From: Alphaproteobacteria bacterium
GTDB taxonomy: Bacteria > Pseudomonadota > Alphaproteobacteria > Bin95
NCBI GenBank assembly: GCA_965205265.1
Contig: CBDBGH010000003.1
Location: forward strand, 3,616,001 to 3,680,000
Direction: 5' to 3'
Length of the DNA: 64,000 nt
Both the position numbers and the translations under genes were made by a program. Below, in pieces: positions 1 to 9,576 of the stretch. Position 1 is the first letter of the stretch, and each line of letters begins with the position of its first letter. The notes under the pieces are model-generated. The model was not told where the DNA came from. It saw only the letters and a list, made by a program, of their open reading frames with translations, and searched no databases.

Positions 1-484
1 CGGCGACCTCCGCGCCGACGGCCGCCGCCCACTGGCAGAGCAGCCGCCCGACGCCGCCGGCCGCGCCCGTCGCCAGCACGGTCTCGCCCGGCTGCACGCG
101 GCGCAGCCGGCGCAGCAGGTAGTGGACGGCGAGGCCCCGGCGGATGACGGCTGCGGCGGTCGCGTCGTCGATGTCGTCCGGAACCGGGACCAGCCGGCCC
201 GCCGGGACATTGCGCAGCACGCGCCAGGCGCCCGGCAGATCGGCATAAGCCAGCCGGTCGCCCGGCCGGATGCCCTCGACGCCCGCGCCCACGGCCTCGG
301 CCTCCCCCGCCGCCGCGACGCCGGGGACGAAGGCCGCGCTGCCCTCCGGCGGCTCGAGGCCGCAGCGGTCGAGGCCCATGGCGGTCTGCCGCAGCCGCAC
401 CTCGCCGGGGCCGGGCGGCCCGACCGCTTCCTCCCCGACGACCGGTCCTGCGCAGCCGGGCCGGACGCGGACGACCGCCGTCAC
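1..484 (-). CDS. quinone oxidoreductase (MDR/zeta-crystallin family), partial, runs off the window
   Basis: Manual translation from a GTG overlapping the amidohydrolase stop: MTAVVRVRPG...PGPGEVRLRQTAMGL...VPDDIDDATAAAVIRRGLAVHYLLRR...VQPGETVLATGAAGGVGRLLCQWA (GAAGGVG nucleotide-binding motif). Not in the ORF track. Confidence 0.8.
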   Translation of the reverse strand, partial: MTAVVRVRPGCAGPVVGEEAVGPPGPGEVRLRQTAMGLDRCGLEPPEGSAAFVPGVAAAGEAEAVGAGVEGIRPGDRLAYADLPGAWRVLRNVPAGRLVPVPDDIDDATAAAVIRRGLAVHYLLRRLRRVQPGETVLATGAAGGVGRLLCQWAAAVGAEVA

Positions 485-1689
485 GCGCTCTCGGGCCGCA
501 TATGCTCCGGCACGGTCAGCCCGAACAGCCTGGCCGCGTTCAGGCCGAGGATCTTCGCCCGGTCGGCCTCGTCGAGCCCGCCCATGGTGCGCTCGATGGC
601 TTCGCCCGAATGCGGCCATGTGCCTTCGTGGTGGGGATAGTCGTTCGCCCACATGAAATTGCCGGCAAGGCCCCAGTCCTTCGCAAGCGCCAGGCCCGCC
701 GGGTCTTCCTGGAAGGTGGCGTAGCCATGCGCGCGGTAATAGTCCGACGGCAGCCCCTGGAGCTTCGGGCGCACCCACATATGGTGCTTGCGGTAGGCCT
801 CGTCCATCGCGTCGAGCAGCCAGGGCACCCAGCCGATACCGGCCTCGATGGTGGCGAAGCGGATCTTCGGGAAGCGCTCCAGCACGCCCGAGGCGCAGAG
901 GTTCGCCACCGGCTCGATGGTCGGCGAGAGCGAATGGGTCACATAGTTGATGACCGCCCCGCCATTGCCCCGCGAGGCGCGCGGGTCGCGCCCGGTGCTG
1001 ACATGGAAGGTGACCGGCATGCCGACCTCCTCGACCAGCGCCCAGAGCGGGTCGAAATGCGGCAGGTTGTAGTTGACGTGATCGACATCGTGCCCGCCCC
1101 AGATGGGCTTGCAGGGCAGGGTGAGCGCCTTGTAGCCGAGCGCCGCGCAGCGCTCGATTTCGGCGAGCGTGCCGTCGAGATCGCCGGTCGCGACCGCGGC
1201 CACGGGCACCATCTTCTCCGGCCAGGCGCCGAACTGCTCCCAGGCCCAGTCGTTCCACACCCGGCACTGGGCGTTGGCGAACACCGGGTCCGGCGTCGCC
1301 CACATGGCGAGGCCCTTGTTCGGGAAGATGATTTCGGCGTCGATCCCGTCCTGCTCATTGTCGCGGATGCGCCCCTCGGGGTCGGCGCCCGCCTGCGAGC
1401 GCACCCAGTCCTCGCCCTCGAAGCTCATGATCCGGATGCGGTCCGGCCGGTAGCCCTCGCAATAGCGCCACTGCACGCCGTTCTCGTCCGTGACGACGCG
1501 GGGCGCGCGTTCGCGGTATTTCTGCGGCAGGCGCGTGGCCCAGAGGTCCGGCGGCTCGTTGGCATGGCTGTCGGTCGAGACCATGTAGTATTTCTTCGGG
1601 TCGCCGGCGCGCGCGGTGCGCGTCCAGCCTTCGTGTCCCGGCGTTTCCAGCCGCCAGAGGTTCTCGGCATTGATGGCGATATCGTTCAT
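481..1689 (-). CDS. amidohydrolase_2 family metal-dependent hydrolase
   Basis: DSH metal motif, FHV, IEAGIGWVP, WANDYPH motifs; start placed at MNDIAIN. Confidence 0.9.
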   Translation of the reverse strand: MNDIAINAENLWRLETPGHEGWTRTARAGDPKKYYMVSTDSHANEPPDLWATRLPQKYRERAPRVVTDENGVQWRYCEGYRPDRIRIMSFEGEDWVRSQAGADPEGRIRDNEQDGIDAEIIFPNKGLAMWATPDPVFANAQCRVWNDWAWEQFGAWPEKMVPVAAVATGDLDGTLAEIERCAALGYKALTLPCKPIWGGHDVDHVNYNLPHFDPLWALVEEVGMPVTFHVSTGRDPRASRGNGGAVINYVTHSLSPTIEPVANLCASGVLERFPKIRFATIEAGIGWVPWLLDAMDEAYRKHHMWVRPKLQGLPSDYYRAHGYATFQEDPAGLALAKDWGLAGNFMWANDYPHHEGTWPHSGEAIERTMGGLDEADRAKILGLNAARLFGLTVPEHMRPESA

Positions 1690-1788
1690 GGGGTCCCGGA
1701 TACTCCCTCGGATGGTCGTTCGCACCGGACGCTACCCGCTCGGCCGGGCGCCGTCCATACCGGCCCCGCCCCGGCAAGGAGCAAGCCG

Positions 1789-2823
1789 TTGACCGGGCGG
1801 GAAAAACCCTGGTGGCGGCCGGAGGCCTACGCCGCCCGCCGCCCGGCCCTGCTCCAGCGCGCGGCGCTGCTCAGGCGCATGCGGGACTGGTTTGACGGGC
1901 AGGGCTTCGTCGAGGTCGAGACCCCGGCGCTCCAGGTCGCGGCCGGCATGGAGGTGCATGTCGCGCCCTTCGAGACGGCGTTGCACGAGCCGGACGGGCG
2001 GTCCCGCGCGCTCCGCCTGCACTCTTCGCCCGAATTCGCGATGAAGAAGCTGCTGGCGGCCGGCGAGCCGCGCCTCTTCCAGTTCGCGCGCGTCTTCCGC
2101 AATGGCGAGCGCTCGGCGACGCACCATCCCGAATTCACCCTGTTGGAATGGTATCGCGCGGGCGCCGGCTGGCGTGACCTCATCCCCGACTGCGAGGCGC
2201 TGCTGGCGCTGGCGGGGCCGGAGCTCCGGTGGAACGGCCGGCGCGTGCCGACCTCTCCGCCCTTCGAGCGCCTGTCCGTGGCGGCGGCCTTCCAGCAGCG
2301 CCTCGGCCTCGACATGCTGGCGGCGGACACCGCGAGGCTCGCCGCCGCCTGCCGGGCGGAGGGGCTGGAGCCGGGCGGAGCGGACAGCTGGGAAGACCTG
2401 TTCTTCCGCCTGTTCCTCAACCGCATAGAGCCGCATCTGGGCTTCGCGCGTCCGACCGTGCTGCACGGATGGCCGGCGCGCATGGCCGCACTCGCCCGCC
2501 TCGACCCGGACGACCCGCGCGTGGCGGAGCGCTTCGAGATCTATGTCGGCGGGCTGGAGCTCGCCAACGCCTTCGGGGAGCTGACCGACGCCGCCGAGCA
2601 GCGCCGGCGCTTCGAGGCCGCGGCAAGGCAGCGCCGGGCGCTCCATGGCGACGACCTGCCCCTCGACGAGGACTTCCTTTCCGCGCTCGAACACGGCATG
2701 CCCTCCTCGGCCGGGATCGCGCTCGGCTTCGACCGGCTGGCGATGCTGGCAACGGGCGCGGATAATATCGAGGACGTGCTCTGGGCGCCCGTGGCGGGCG
2801 CGGCGCACGACGAGGAAGGATAA
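1789..2823 (+). CDS. epmA: EF-P lysine aminoacylase EpmA/GenX
   Basis: GFVEVETP, LHSSPEFAMKKLL, FRNGE..HHPEFTLLEWY, ERFE..GLELANAF, SAGIALGFDRL; TTG start inferred. Confidence 0.95.
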   Translation: MTGREKPWWRPEAYAARRPALLQRAALLRRMRDWFDGQGFVEVETPALQVAAGMEVHVAPFETALHEPDGRSRALRLHSSPEFAMKKLLAAGEPRLFQFARVFRNGERSATHHPEFTLLEWYRAGAGWRDLIPDCEALLALAGPELRWNGRRVPTSPPFERLSVAAAFQQRLGLDMLAADTARLAAACRAEGLEPGGADSWEDLFFRLFLNRIEPHLGFARPTVLHGWPARMAALARLDPDDPRVAERFEIYVGGLELANAFGELTDAAEQRRRFEAAARQRRALHGDDLPLDEDFLSALEHGMPSSAGIALGFDRLAMLATGADNIEDVLWAPVAGAAHDEEG

Positions 2824-2835
2824 GGAGAGGGACGG

Positions 2836-3228
2836 ATGAGCGAAGCGGGCCGGTTTTTCTGGAACGAGCTGATGACGCCGGACATTGAGGGAGCCAAGGC
2901 GTTCTATGGCAGGCTTTTCGGCTGGGAGGGTCAGACCGCGCCGATGCCGGGGCCGGACGGCGCGGACTATACCGGCTTCATGCTGGGCGGCACGCCCGCC
3001 GGCGGCGCGCTCGCGCCCCCGGAGCCCGGCATTCCGCCGCACTGGATGCCCTATGTCCGGGTGGAGGATGCCGATGCGGCCGAGGCGGCGGCGGTCGAGG
3101 CCGGCGGCCAGGTGTGCCGGTCGGCCTTCGACGTGCCGCAGGTCGGGCGGATCGCCGTGCTGCAGGACCCGGCGGGCGCCGTCTTCGCCGTCATCGCGCC
3201 AGCGCCGGAGCTTCTCGCCGGCGGGTAG
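2836..3228 (+). CDS. VOC/glyoxalase family protein
   Basis: WNELMTPD..AKAFYGRLFGW, PHWMPY, GRIAVLQDPAGA; RBS AGGAG upstream. Confidence 0.9.
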   Translation: MSEAGRFFWNELMTPDIEGAKAFYGRLFGWEGQTAPMPGPDGADYTGFMLGGTPAGGALAPPEPGIPPHWMPYVRVEDADAAEAAAVEAGGQVCRSAFDVPQVGRIAVLQDPAGAVFAVIAPAPELLAGG

Positions 3229-3471
3229 GGCGAGTCCCTCCGGACCGGCCGCGCCGGTCTCCACGCCTCCAATTCGTCTTGCCGGACGGCGAGCCGGGGC
3301 GGCGAATGAGGACGGGCAGGCCCGGGCCGCCGGAAATGCGCGGACCCGGCAGCCCTGCCGGCCCGGACCGCGGGAAGCCCCCTCCCAGGATATGTCATGG
3401 GAGGAGATTACAAAGATAGGTTGACGGGGGAGACCGACGACATTTCTTCCGTTATACCTCAACGCTCCCTC

Positions 3472-3559
3472 CGTCATACCCGGACTTGTTCCGGGTATCT
3501 CTCTCCACCGCTGCCGCCGGACGGCCGCATGGATACCCGGAACAAGTCCGGGTATGACG
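3472..3559. repeat. REP-like palindromic doublet (GTCATACCCGGACTTGTTCCGGGTATC ... GATACCCGGAACAAGTCCGGGTATGAC)
   Basis: Two inverted, self-palindromic arms; same unit recurs at 4641-4728, with half-units at ~4483 and ~4862. Confidence 0.9.
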
Positions 3560-3636
3560 ACATGGGGGCGGGTTGGACGTCGGAGAGAAGGTGCGAAGCC
3601 TCCCAAACCTGTTGTCAACCTATCCATATAAGCCCC

Positions 3637-3972
3637 TCATGGGATGTCATGATCCGCATGCGGGCGGCGCATATCCCATGGTCGCTTCCGGCATGAAGCC
3701 GCCGGCTTCGCCCCGACGCTCCGGACATGCCGTCCGGTTTCCCGCCCTCCTGTTTTCGGCACGAGGCTTTCCTCCCGTTCCGTCCTGGTTCCGTGCTTTC
3801 CGCCCCCGGTGGGCCCGGCCAGCAGGGAGTCCCCCAGGACATGTCATGGGATGTCATGATCGGCATGTGGGTGGCGCATACCCTGTGGCTGTTTCAGGCA
3901 TGCAGCCGCCGGTTTTGCGCCGATGCTCCCGGTATTCCATCCGGTTTTTCCACCTTCCTGTTTTCGGCATGA
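3637..3972. repeat. two diverged ~130-bp direct repeats beginning TCATGGGATGTCATGAT
   Basis: Copies at ~3637-3764 and ~3844-3972 align by eye; partial third copy CCCAGGAYATGTCATGGGA near 3384-3401. Confidence 0.8.
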
Positions 3973-4482
3973 AACGCTCCTCTCGATTCGCCTTCGCTCC
4001 GTTCTCCCCGCCGCGCCGAACGCGGCGAACGTTACGAATGGCGGCGTTGGCGCCGCCGCCGCGCCGAACGCGGCGGGACCCTGATTCGCGCGTATCCTGC
4101 GCGCCCGCGCCTGCGCCCGTCCGCGCGCGTTTCGCGGCGGCGCGAATCGCGCGCCTGATTGCGCGCGCGAGACGCAGGACGCACGTCTCCCGTCGGCTTC
4201 TCACGGGTTTTCAGAAAGTGGCGCCGCCCGGTCGCGCAACGCCAAGGGAAGCGGCTCCGGATGCCTCTTCCCTCAGGGGCTATTGTAGCACACTCCGCCA
4301 GATGTCAAGCCCCGAAGGCGAACAAAACAGAAATTACCGGGAATATTTCATATCTGCGGGATCGGAAAGCGTGTTGGCCGAGGCTTTCGCGGCAGGGCAA
4401 TCGCTTTCGGATTTGTCATGCCCGAACGCCCCCTTCGACAGACTCAGGGTAGGCCCCTCCGTCATGTCCGAACGGCCCCCTC

Positions 4483-4883
4483 CGTCATACCCGGACTTGT
4501 TCCATTGCTGTCCGGTTCAGCCATTGGGTGAGGCTGAACGGGAGTCCGCGAGGGGTTTCGGGGGCGCGCGGCGTCTGCGATCCGCCCCTTGCCCGTGAGG
4601 CCCCAACGCCCTCCTTCGACAAGCTCAAGACAGGCTTCTCCGTCATACCCGGACTTGTTCCGGGTATCCACACGGCCGCCCGGCTGAGCTGCTTGAGAGA
4701 GATACCCGGAACAAGTCCGGGTATGACGATATGGGGCGGGCATGACGACTTGGGAGCCGGGCCGCCGGGCATCGATCCGGGTCCCGATCCCGCCGAACCC
4801 CTCGAAACCCGGTTGAATTCGAGCCATACGTCCTGTCCACAAAATCTAAACCGGACAGCAATGGAACAAGTCCGGGCATGACG
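4483..4883. mobile_element. composite REP/MITE-like element with ~35-bp terminal inverted repeats enclosing a REP doublet
   Basis: CGTCATACCCGGACTTGTTCCATTGCTGTCCGGTT (4483-4517) is inverted against AACCGGACAGCAATGGAACAAGTCCGGGCATGACG (~4849-4883); inner REP doublet 4641-4728; second REP type CCTTCGACA(G/A)(A/G)CTCA at ~4432 and ~4613. Confidence 0.7.
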
Positions 4884-4941
4884 GGAAAAGGGATGGGAAA
4901 GAGGCGGGGACACCGGGCCCCGGTCCGCCCCATGCGCCTTC

Positions 4942-5931
4942 TCAGAAGAATTGTTCCAGAACCCGGTCCGGCGGACGGTGGCCGTCCGTGAAGGCCTTGA
5001 TGTTGACGATCACCCGCTCGCCCATTTCCAGCCGGCCTTCCAGCGTGGCCGAGCCCATATGCGGCAGCAGCACCACATTGTCGAGCTCGCGCAGCCTCGG
5101 GTCGATGGCCGGCTCGCGCTCGAAGACGTCGAGCGCCGCGCCGGCGAGCCGGCCGGCGAGCAGGGCTTCCAGAAGCGCCGGCTCGTCGATCACCTCGCCG
5201 CGCGAGGTGTTGACGATATAGGCATGCGGCTTCATCAGCGCGAGGCGCCGGCGCGACAGCAGGTGGTAGGTCGCCGGGGTGTGCGGGCAGTTGATCGACA
5301 CGATGTCCATGCGCGCCAGCATCTGGTCGAGGCTCTCCCAGTAGGTCGCCTCCAGCTCGGCCTCGATGTCGGGGTCCGTGCGCCGGCGGTTGTGGTAGTG
5401 GATCGAAATGCCGAAGCCGCGCGCGCGCCGCGCCACCGCCGCCCCGATCCGGCCCATGCCGACAATGCCGAGCCGCTTGCCGTAAATCCGGTGGCCGAGC
5501 AGCGCCGTCGGCGCCCAGCCGAGCCATCCGCCGGTCCGCACCAGGCGCTCGCCCTCGATGAGCCGGCGCGAGACCGAGAGGATCAGCGCCATGGTCATGT
5601 CGGCCGTGTCGCCCGTCAGCACGCCCGGCGTGTTGGTGACCATGATGCCCCGCTCATGCGCGGCCGCGAGGTCGATATGGTCCACGCCCGCGCCGAAGCT
5701 CGCCAGCAGCTTGAGGCCGGGGCCGGCGGCCTCTAGGCACTCCGCGTCGATGCGGTCGGTCACGGTCGGCACCAGCACGTCCGCCCGGCCCATGGCCTCG
5801 AGCAGTTCGGCGCGGTCCCATTGCCGGTCGCTGTCGTTCAGCTCGGTGCGGAACAGCTCCATCATGCGCGTCTCCACCGCGTCCGGGAGCTTCCGCGTGA
5901 CGATGACGAGCGGTTTGGGCGCGGTGGGCAT
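4942..5931 (-). CDS. D-2-hydroxyacid dehydrogenase (glyoxylate reductase/D-glycerate dehydrogenase type)
   Basis: GIVGMGRIG, VNTSRGEVID, ALDVFEREP, LPHMGSAT motifs. Confidence 0.93.
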   Translation of the reverse strand: MPTAPKPLVIVTRKLPDAVETRMMELFRTELNDSDRQWDRAELLEAMGRADVLVPTVTDRIDAECLEAAGPGLKLLASFGAGVDHIDLAAAHERGIMVTNTPGVLTGDTADMTMALILSVSRRLIEGERLVRTGGWLGWAPTALLGHRIYGKRLGIVGMGRIGAAVARRARGFGISIHYHNRRRTDPDIEAELEATYWESLDQMLARMDIVSINCPHTPATYHLLSRRRLALMKPHAYIVNTSRGEVIDEPALLEALLAGRLAGAALDVFEREPAIDPRLRELDNVVLLPHMGSATLEGRLEMGERVIVNIKAFTDGHRPPDRVLEQFF

Positions 5932-6167
5932 GGACCCGGCGCCTACGGCCCGGCCGCGCAGGACGGCCGGCCGCCGCAGCCGGCGATGGGGGAGACAGGA
6001 ACGGTTCCGTCCATGCCGAAACGCTCTAGCAAGCCCCGCGAACGGAGTCCACCGCGCGGGCGCTCGCGGAGACCCCGTTCCGGCAGAAGTTCCTTCCGGT
6101 CCGGGTCCGAAACCGCTGCCCCGGATTTCTGCTCCGTCGTAAGCGATGCGGGCGGGTCACCCGGATT

Positions 6168-7811
6168 TCAGCTTGACGACGGCTTGAAGTTCCACGGGAG
6201 CAGGTCGTCGATGCGGTCGTTGGGATGGCCGACCGCGATGGCTTCGAGGGTGGCCTTGAGCCAGGCGTAGGGCTCGACCCCGTTCAACCTGGCGGTCTGG
6301 GTGAGTGAAGCGATCCGGCCCCAGGCGACTGCGCCTTCGTCGTGACCCGCGAAGAGCGCGTTTTTCCTTGTAAGGGCAATCGGCCGGGCGAGGTTCTCGA
6401 CGGCATTGCTGTCCATCTCGACGCGGCCGTCGGCGAGGAACAGCCGGAGGCCGTCCCAGTGACGGGCGATATAGGCGAGCTTCTCGCCGAGGCGGGACTT
6501 GGGCGAGATGCGGGCGCGCTGCTGCTTCAGCCAGTCGCCGAAGGCCTCGACCAGGGGCGCGGAGCGCGCGTGTCGTTCTGCGAGACGTTGCTCGGGCGGG
6601 CTGCCGCGGATGTCGGCCTCGATGGCGTAGAGCTCGGCGATCCGGCGCAGGCCCTCTGCCGCGATCTCGGAGCCGCTGCTGTCGTAGATCTCGCGGAGCC
6701 GGCGCCTCGCGTGGGACCAGCAGTAAGCCAGCCGTATCGGCGCGCCGCCCTTGCGGCTCGGTCCAGTCAGCCGGTTGTAGCCGGCATAGCCATCCACCTG
6801 GAGGATACCATCGAAGCCGTCGAGGAAGCGCTCGGCATATTCACCGCCGCGCCCGGGCGCATAGAAGTACACAACGCCCGGCGGGTCGGGTCCGCTCCAG
6901 GCACGGTCGTCGCGGGCCAGCGCCCACAGCCAGCCGGTCTTGGTCCTGCCGCGGCCCGGATCGAGCACCGGCGCCCGCGTCTCGTCCATGAACAGCTTCG
7001 AAGAGCGCTTGAGATGCTCCGCCAGCCGGTCGGCCACCGGTTTCAGATGGAATGACGCCCTGCCGACCCAGCCGGCCAGCGTCGAGCGGTCCAGATCGAG
7101 GCCGGAACGGGCATAGACCTGCGCCTGCCGGTGCAACGGGCAATGGTCCAGGTATTTGGAGACGAGCACATGGGCGATCGCGCCTTCGGTCGGCAACCCG
7201 CCCTCGATCAGCCGGGCCGGCGCCGGCGCCTGGGTGACGCCCTGTTCGCAGGCCCGGCAGGCGTATTTCGGCCGCACCGTGACGATCACCCGAAGCTGCG
7301 CCGGCACGATGTCCAGGCGCTCCGTGCGATCCTCGCCAATCTTCACCATCTCCCCGCAGCCGCAGGGGCAGAGCGTGCTCTCCGGCTCGACCACCTGCTC
7401 GATCCGCTCCAGATGCTCCGGCAAGTGGCCGATATTGCGCGCCGGGCGAGGACGCTTCGGCGATTGGGCCGGCGTCGGATCTTCCGGCGCGGCCGCTGCT
7501 TCGATCTCCGCCGCCGCGCCCTCAAGGTCCTCGAACGCCAGCTGGCGCTCGTCCGCCGACAGCTTCTCCGACCTCTTGCCATACAGAAGGCGGATCAGTT
7601 CGAGGTTCAGATGTTCGAGACGGCGGATGCGCTCCGCCTGAGCCCCGTTGCGGTCCGTCAGAACTTCGTTCTCGCCCGCGAGACAGGCCTTCTCTTCCGC
7701 CAGCGTCTCGTTCTCGGCGCGAAGCACCTCCAGCGCCGCGATTGCCTGCACCGCCGCTTCCCGCTGTTCGGGCGTCAGCGTTCCGAGGTCGATCTCCGCA
7801 AGGGCCGGCAT
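6168..7811 (-). CDS. tnpC: IS66 DDE transposase TnpC
   Basis: Coiled coil, CPCGCG..CRAC zinc finger, MDET, LQVDGYAGY, CWSHARR, DSNAVEN, LLPWN. Confidence 0.95.
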   Translation of the reverse strand: MPALAEIDLGTLTPEQREAAVQAIAALEVLRAENETLAEEKACLAGENEVLTDRNGAQAERIRRLEHLNLELIRLLYGKRSEKLSADERQLAFEDLEGAAAEIEAAAAPEDPTPAQSPKRPRPARNIGHLPEHLERIEQVVEPESTLCPCGCGEMVKIGEDRTERLDIVPAQLRVIVTVRPKYACRACEQGVTQAPAPARLIEGGLPTEGAIAHVLVSKYLDHCPLHRQAQVYARSGLDLDRSTLAGWVGRASFHLKPVADRLAEHLKRSSKLFMDETRAPVLDPGRGRTKTGWLWALARDDRAWSGPDPPGVVYFYAPGRGGEYAERFLDGFDGILQVDGYAGYNRLTGPSRKGGAPIRLAYCWSHARRRLREIYDSSGSEIAAEGLRRIAELYAIEADIRGSPPEQRLAERHARSAPLVEAFGDWLKQQRARISPKSRLGEKLAYIARHWDGLRLFLADGRVEMDSNAVENLARPIALTRKNALFAGHDEGAVAWGRIASLTQTARLNGVEPYAWLKATLEAIAVGHPNDRIDDLLPWNFKPSSS

Positions 7812-7866
7812 GGCCAGTCTGGTAGCACAGTGTCGGGACGCGGCACGCCCCGATCCGCCCAGTGAG

Positions 7867-8220
7867 TCATTCGGCCTCAGCCGGGCGCCGTGCCGACAGC
7901 GCTCGCACACGGCGCCAGTCCAGCCCGGAGAACAGCGCCTCGAACTGCGCATGGCTCAGCGACATCACCCCGTCGCGGATCGCCGGCCAGACAAAGCCCT
8001 GGTCCTCCAGACGCTTGTAGACCATCACCAGGCCGGTCCCGTCCCAGTAGATCAGCTTCAGCCTGTCAGCTCGTTTCGTACGGAACGCGAAGACCGTTCC
8101 CGTGAACGGGTCCTTGCGCAATACGCTCTTCACATGCGCAACAAGGCCGTCGTGCTGCTTCCTGAAGTCCACGGGCTTCGTCGCAACCACGATCCGGACC
8201 CGGTTCGATGGGAAGATCAT
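7867..8220 (-). CDS. tnpB: IS66 accessory protein TnpB
   Basis: PVDFRK..DGL, DRLKLIYWDGTG, KRLE..FVWP. Confidence 0.93.
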   Translation of the reverse strand: MIFPSNRVRIVVATKPVDFRKQHDGLVAHVKSVLRKDPFTGTVFAFRTKRADRLKLIYWDGTGLVMVYKRLEDQGFVWPAIRDGVMSLSHAQFEALFSGLDWRRVRALSARRPAEAE

Positions 8221-8615
8221 ACCGATGCGTTCAACGCCGACACGATCTCGGCGATCCGGCAAGCCGGTGTCGCGGCGTCCAGACGGAGCGTCACCCGGTC
8301 CTGGATCACTTCCAGGCGGTCGCTGCCCGCAGCGGGAACCCGGCGCTCATCCTGACGCAAGACCACCGGAGCAAAACCCATCTCGCCCTCCGCAGGCAAC
8401 ACCAGAAGGCCCTTCCGTGCCTGGCGGCGCCATTCCGACAGCTGGTTCGAGTTGATCTCGTAGCGACGCGCTACCCCGGCGACCGTCGCGCCTTCCTCCA
8501 GTGTCTCGGCAACAATCCGCGCTTTCACCGAAGCCGGCCAGCGACGGCGAAAGCCGCCACGCGCCGGCAACACTTCAACCCTGGCGTTGGTGAGAAGCTC
8601 TGCTGAGGGCTCCAA
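8217..8615 (-). CDS. tnpA: IS66 TnpA (HTH)
   Basis: RRRW..KARIVAET..GATVAGVARRYEI..NQL..WRR. Confidence 0.9.
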   Translation of the reverse strand: MEPSAELLTNARVEVLPARGGFRRRWPASVKARIVAETLEEGATVAGVARRYEINSNQLSEWRRQARKGLLVLPAEGEMGFAPVVLRQDERRVPAAGSDRLEVIQDRVTLRLDAATPACRIAEIVSALNASV

Positions 8616-8989
8616 TGAGAAATTCCCTTCGTCTCATTCCGAACCCTAACTCCCACATCACCAGGCCTGTATGAAGGTGGGGCGCTCGCACCGCATACGA
8701 ACGAGCGGACACAGCAGCTTGACGTTGATGTGTCAGTATGGGTTCCGGAAGGCACACAAGTTGTTCAGGGCATGATTGCGCCGAAGGGGGGACTGACGTT
8801 CGGGGCGCGGTGCTCATTTCCCCGAGAGCCAGACAATCACATAGTAAACGTGGATACGGATCTTGGCCCTGTGGTCGTGCGCATTCACTTACTCCGCGCC
8901 TTCCCCTAGGCCGCCTTAGGCAAGGCTTGCGATAGCGTCCTCATCCCACCACCCCCGGTATCGCCATGCCGGGCGCGGCTTCAGGCGAC

Positions 8990-9105
8990 GTAAGCGGTTC
9001 GGACGCGGCACGAGGGTTTTAGCTTGACGAGCTGGCGAAGTTCCACGGGAGCAGGTCGTCGATGCGGTCGTTGGGATGGCCGGCCGCGATGGCTTCGAGT
9101 GTGTA
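8990..9105 (-). pseudogene. remnant end of a second IS66 (3' end of tnpC plus terminal GTAAGCG)
   Basis: GTAAGCGG at 8990 followed by a near copy of 6170-6250 (...HPNDRIDDLLPWNF...). Confidence 0.85.
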
Positions 9106-9116
9106 GCCATCTGCTG

Positions 9117-9569
9117 TCAGCGGCAACATGACTTGCGCAGCGCGACCACGGGATTCGCCCTGGCCGACAAGCCTTGCACCTCTCCGAGAAGCCGGAGTCG
9201 GTCGGGTTCGACCGCAAAGGCGACCGCCGACAGGTATCCCCCGGACCCGGACGATCTGACGGTCACAACGGCGTCGGCGCGGCCGTCCCCGTCGATATCC
9301 TCTGCAAGGAGACGGTCAACGGCGCCGTCACGGTGGCGAACGAGGCCGTGCGCAAAGCTGTCATAGGGCCAGTCCGGATCGACGGGCGCATATAGCCTGA
9401 CGGCATAGCTGCCTATGCTTCGTGGCTCTCCCTGCCCCTCCGTCACGGTAATCAGGTTGCCGGTTTGCGGCATCGAAACCTCGAACCTTGCGGGAGGTTC
9501 CGCCACCGCCTCCTTTAGCGCGAAGATTGCTGCCAGGGCACAGAGAAAACGGCGGCATGGAATGCGCAT
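9117..9569 (-). CDS. pliI: PliI family periplasmic inhibitor of i-type lysozyme
   Basis: Signal peptide; EG.GEPRSIGSY.VRLY, RDG, DIDGDG, RSSGSGGYLS motifs characteristic of PliI. Confidence 0.85.
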   Translation of the reverse strand: MRIPCRRFLCALAAIFALKEAVAEPPARFEVSMPQTGNLITVTEGQGEPRSIGSYAVRLYAPVDPDWPYDSFAHGLVRHRDGAVDRLLAEDIDGDGRADAVVTVRSSGSGGYLSAVAFAVEPDRLRLLGEVQGLSARANPVVALRKSCCR

Positions 9570-9576
9570 TGCGCGG

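Larger units (their letters stand above)
6139..8698 (-). mobile_element. IS66-family insertion sequence
   Basis: Ends GTAAGCG (6139) and CCGCATAC (8698); tnpA-tnpB-tnpC order; flanking 8-mers GCTCCGTC and GAACGAGC differ, so no target duplication. Confidence 0.92.

Noticed and set aside
3380-4900. ORFs such as 3573-4598, 4462-4842, 4485-4913 and 4528-4881; CRISPR array
   Set aside because: Translations (VIPGLVPGI, HTRTCSGY) are typical REP read-through; repeats are inverted and irregularly spaced, with no cas genes.
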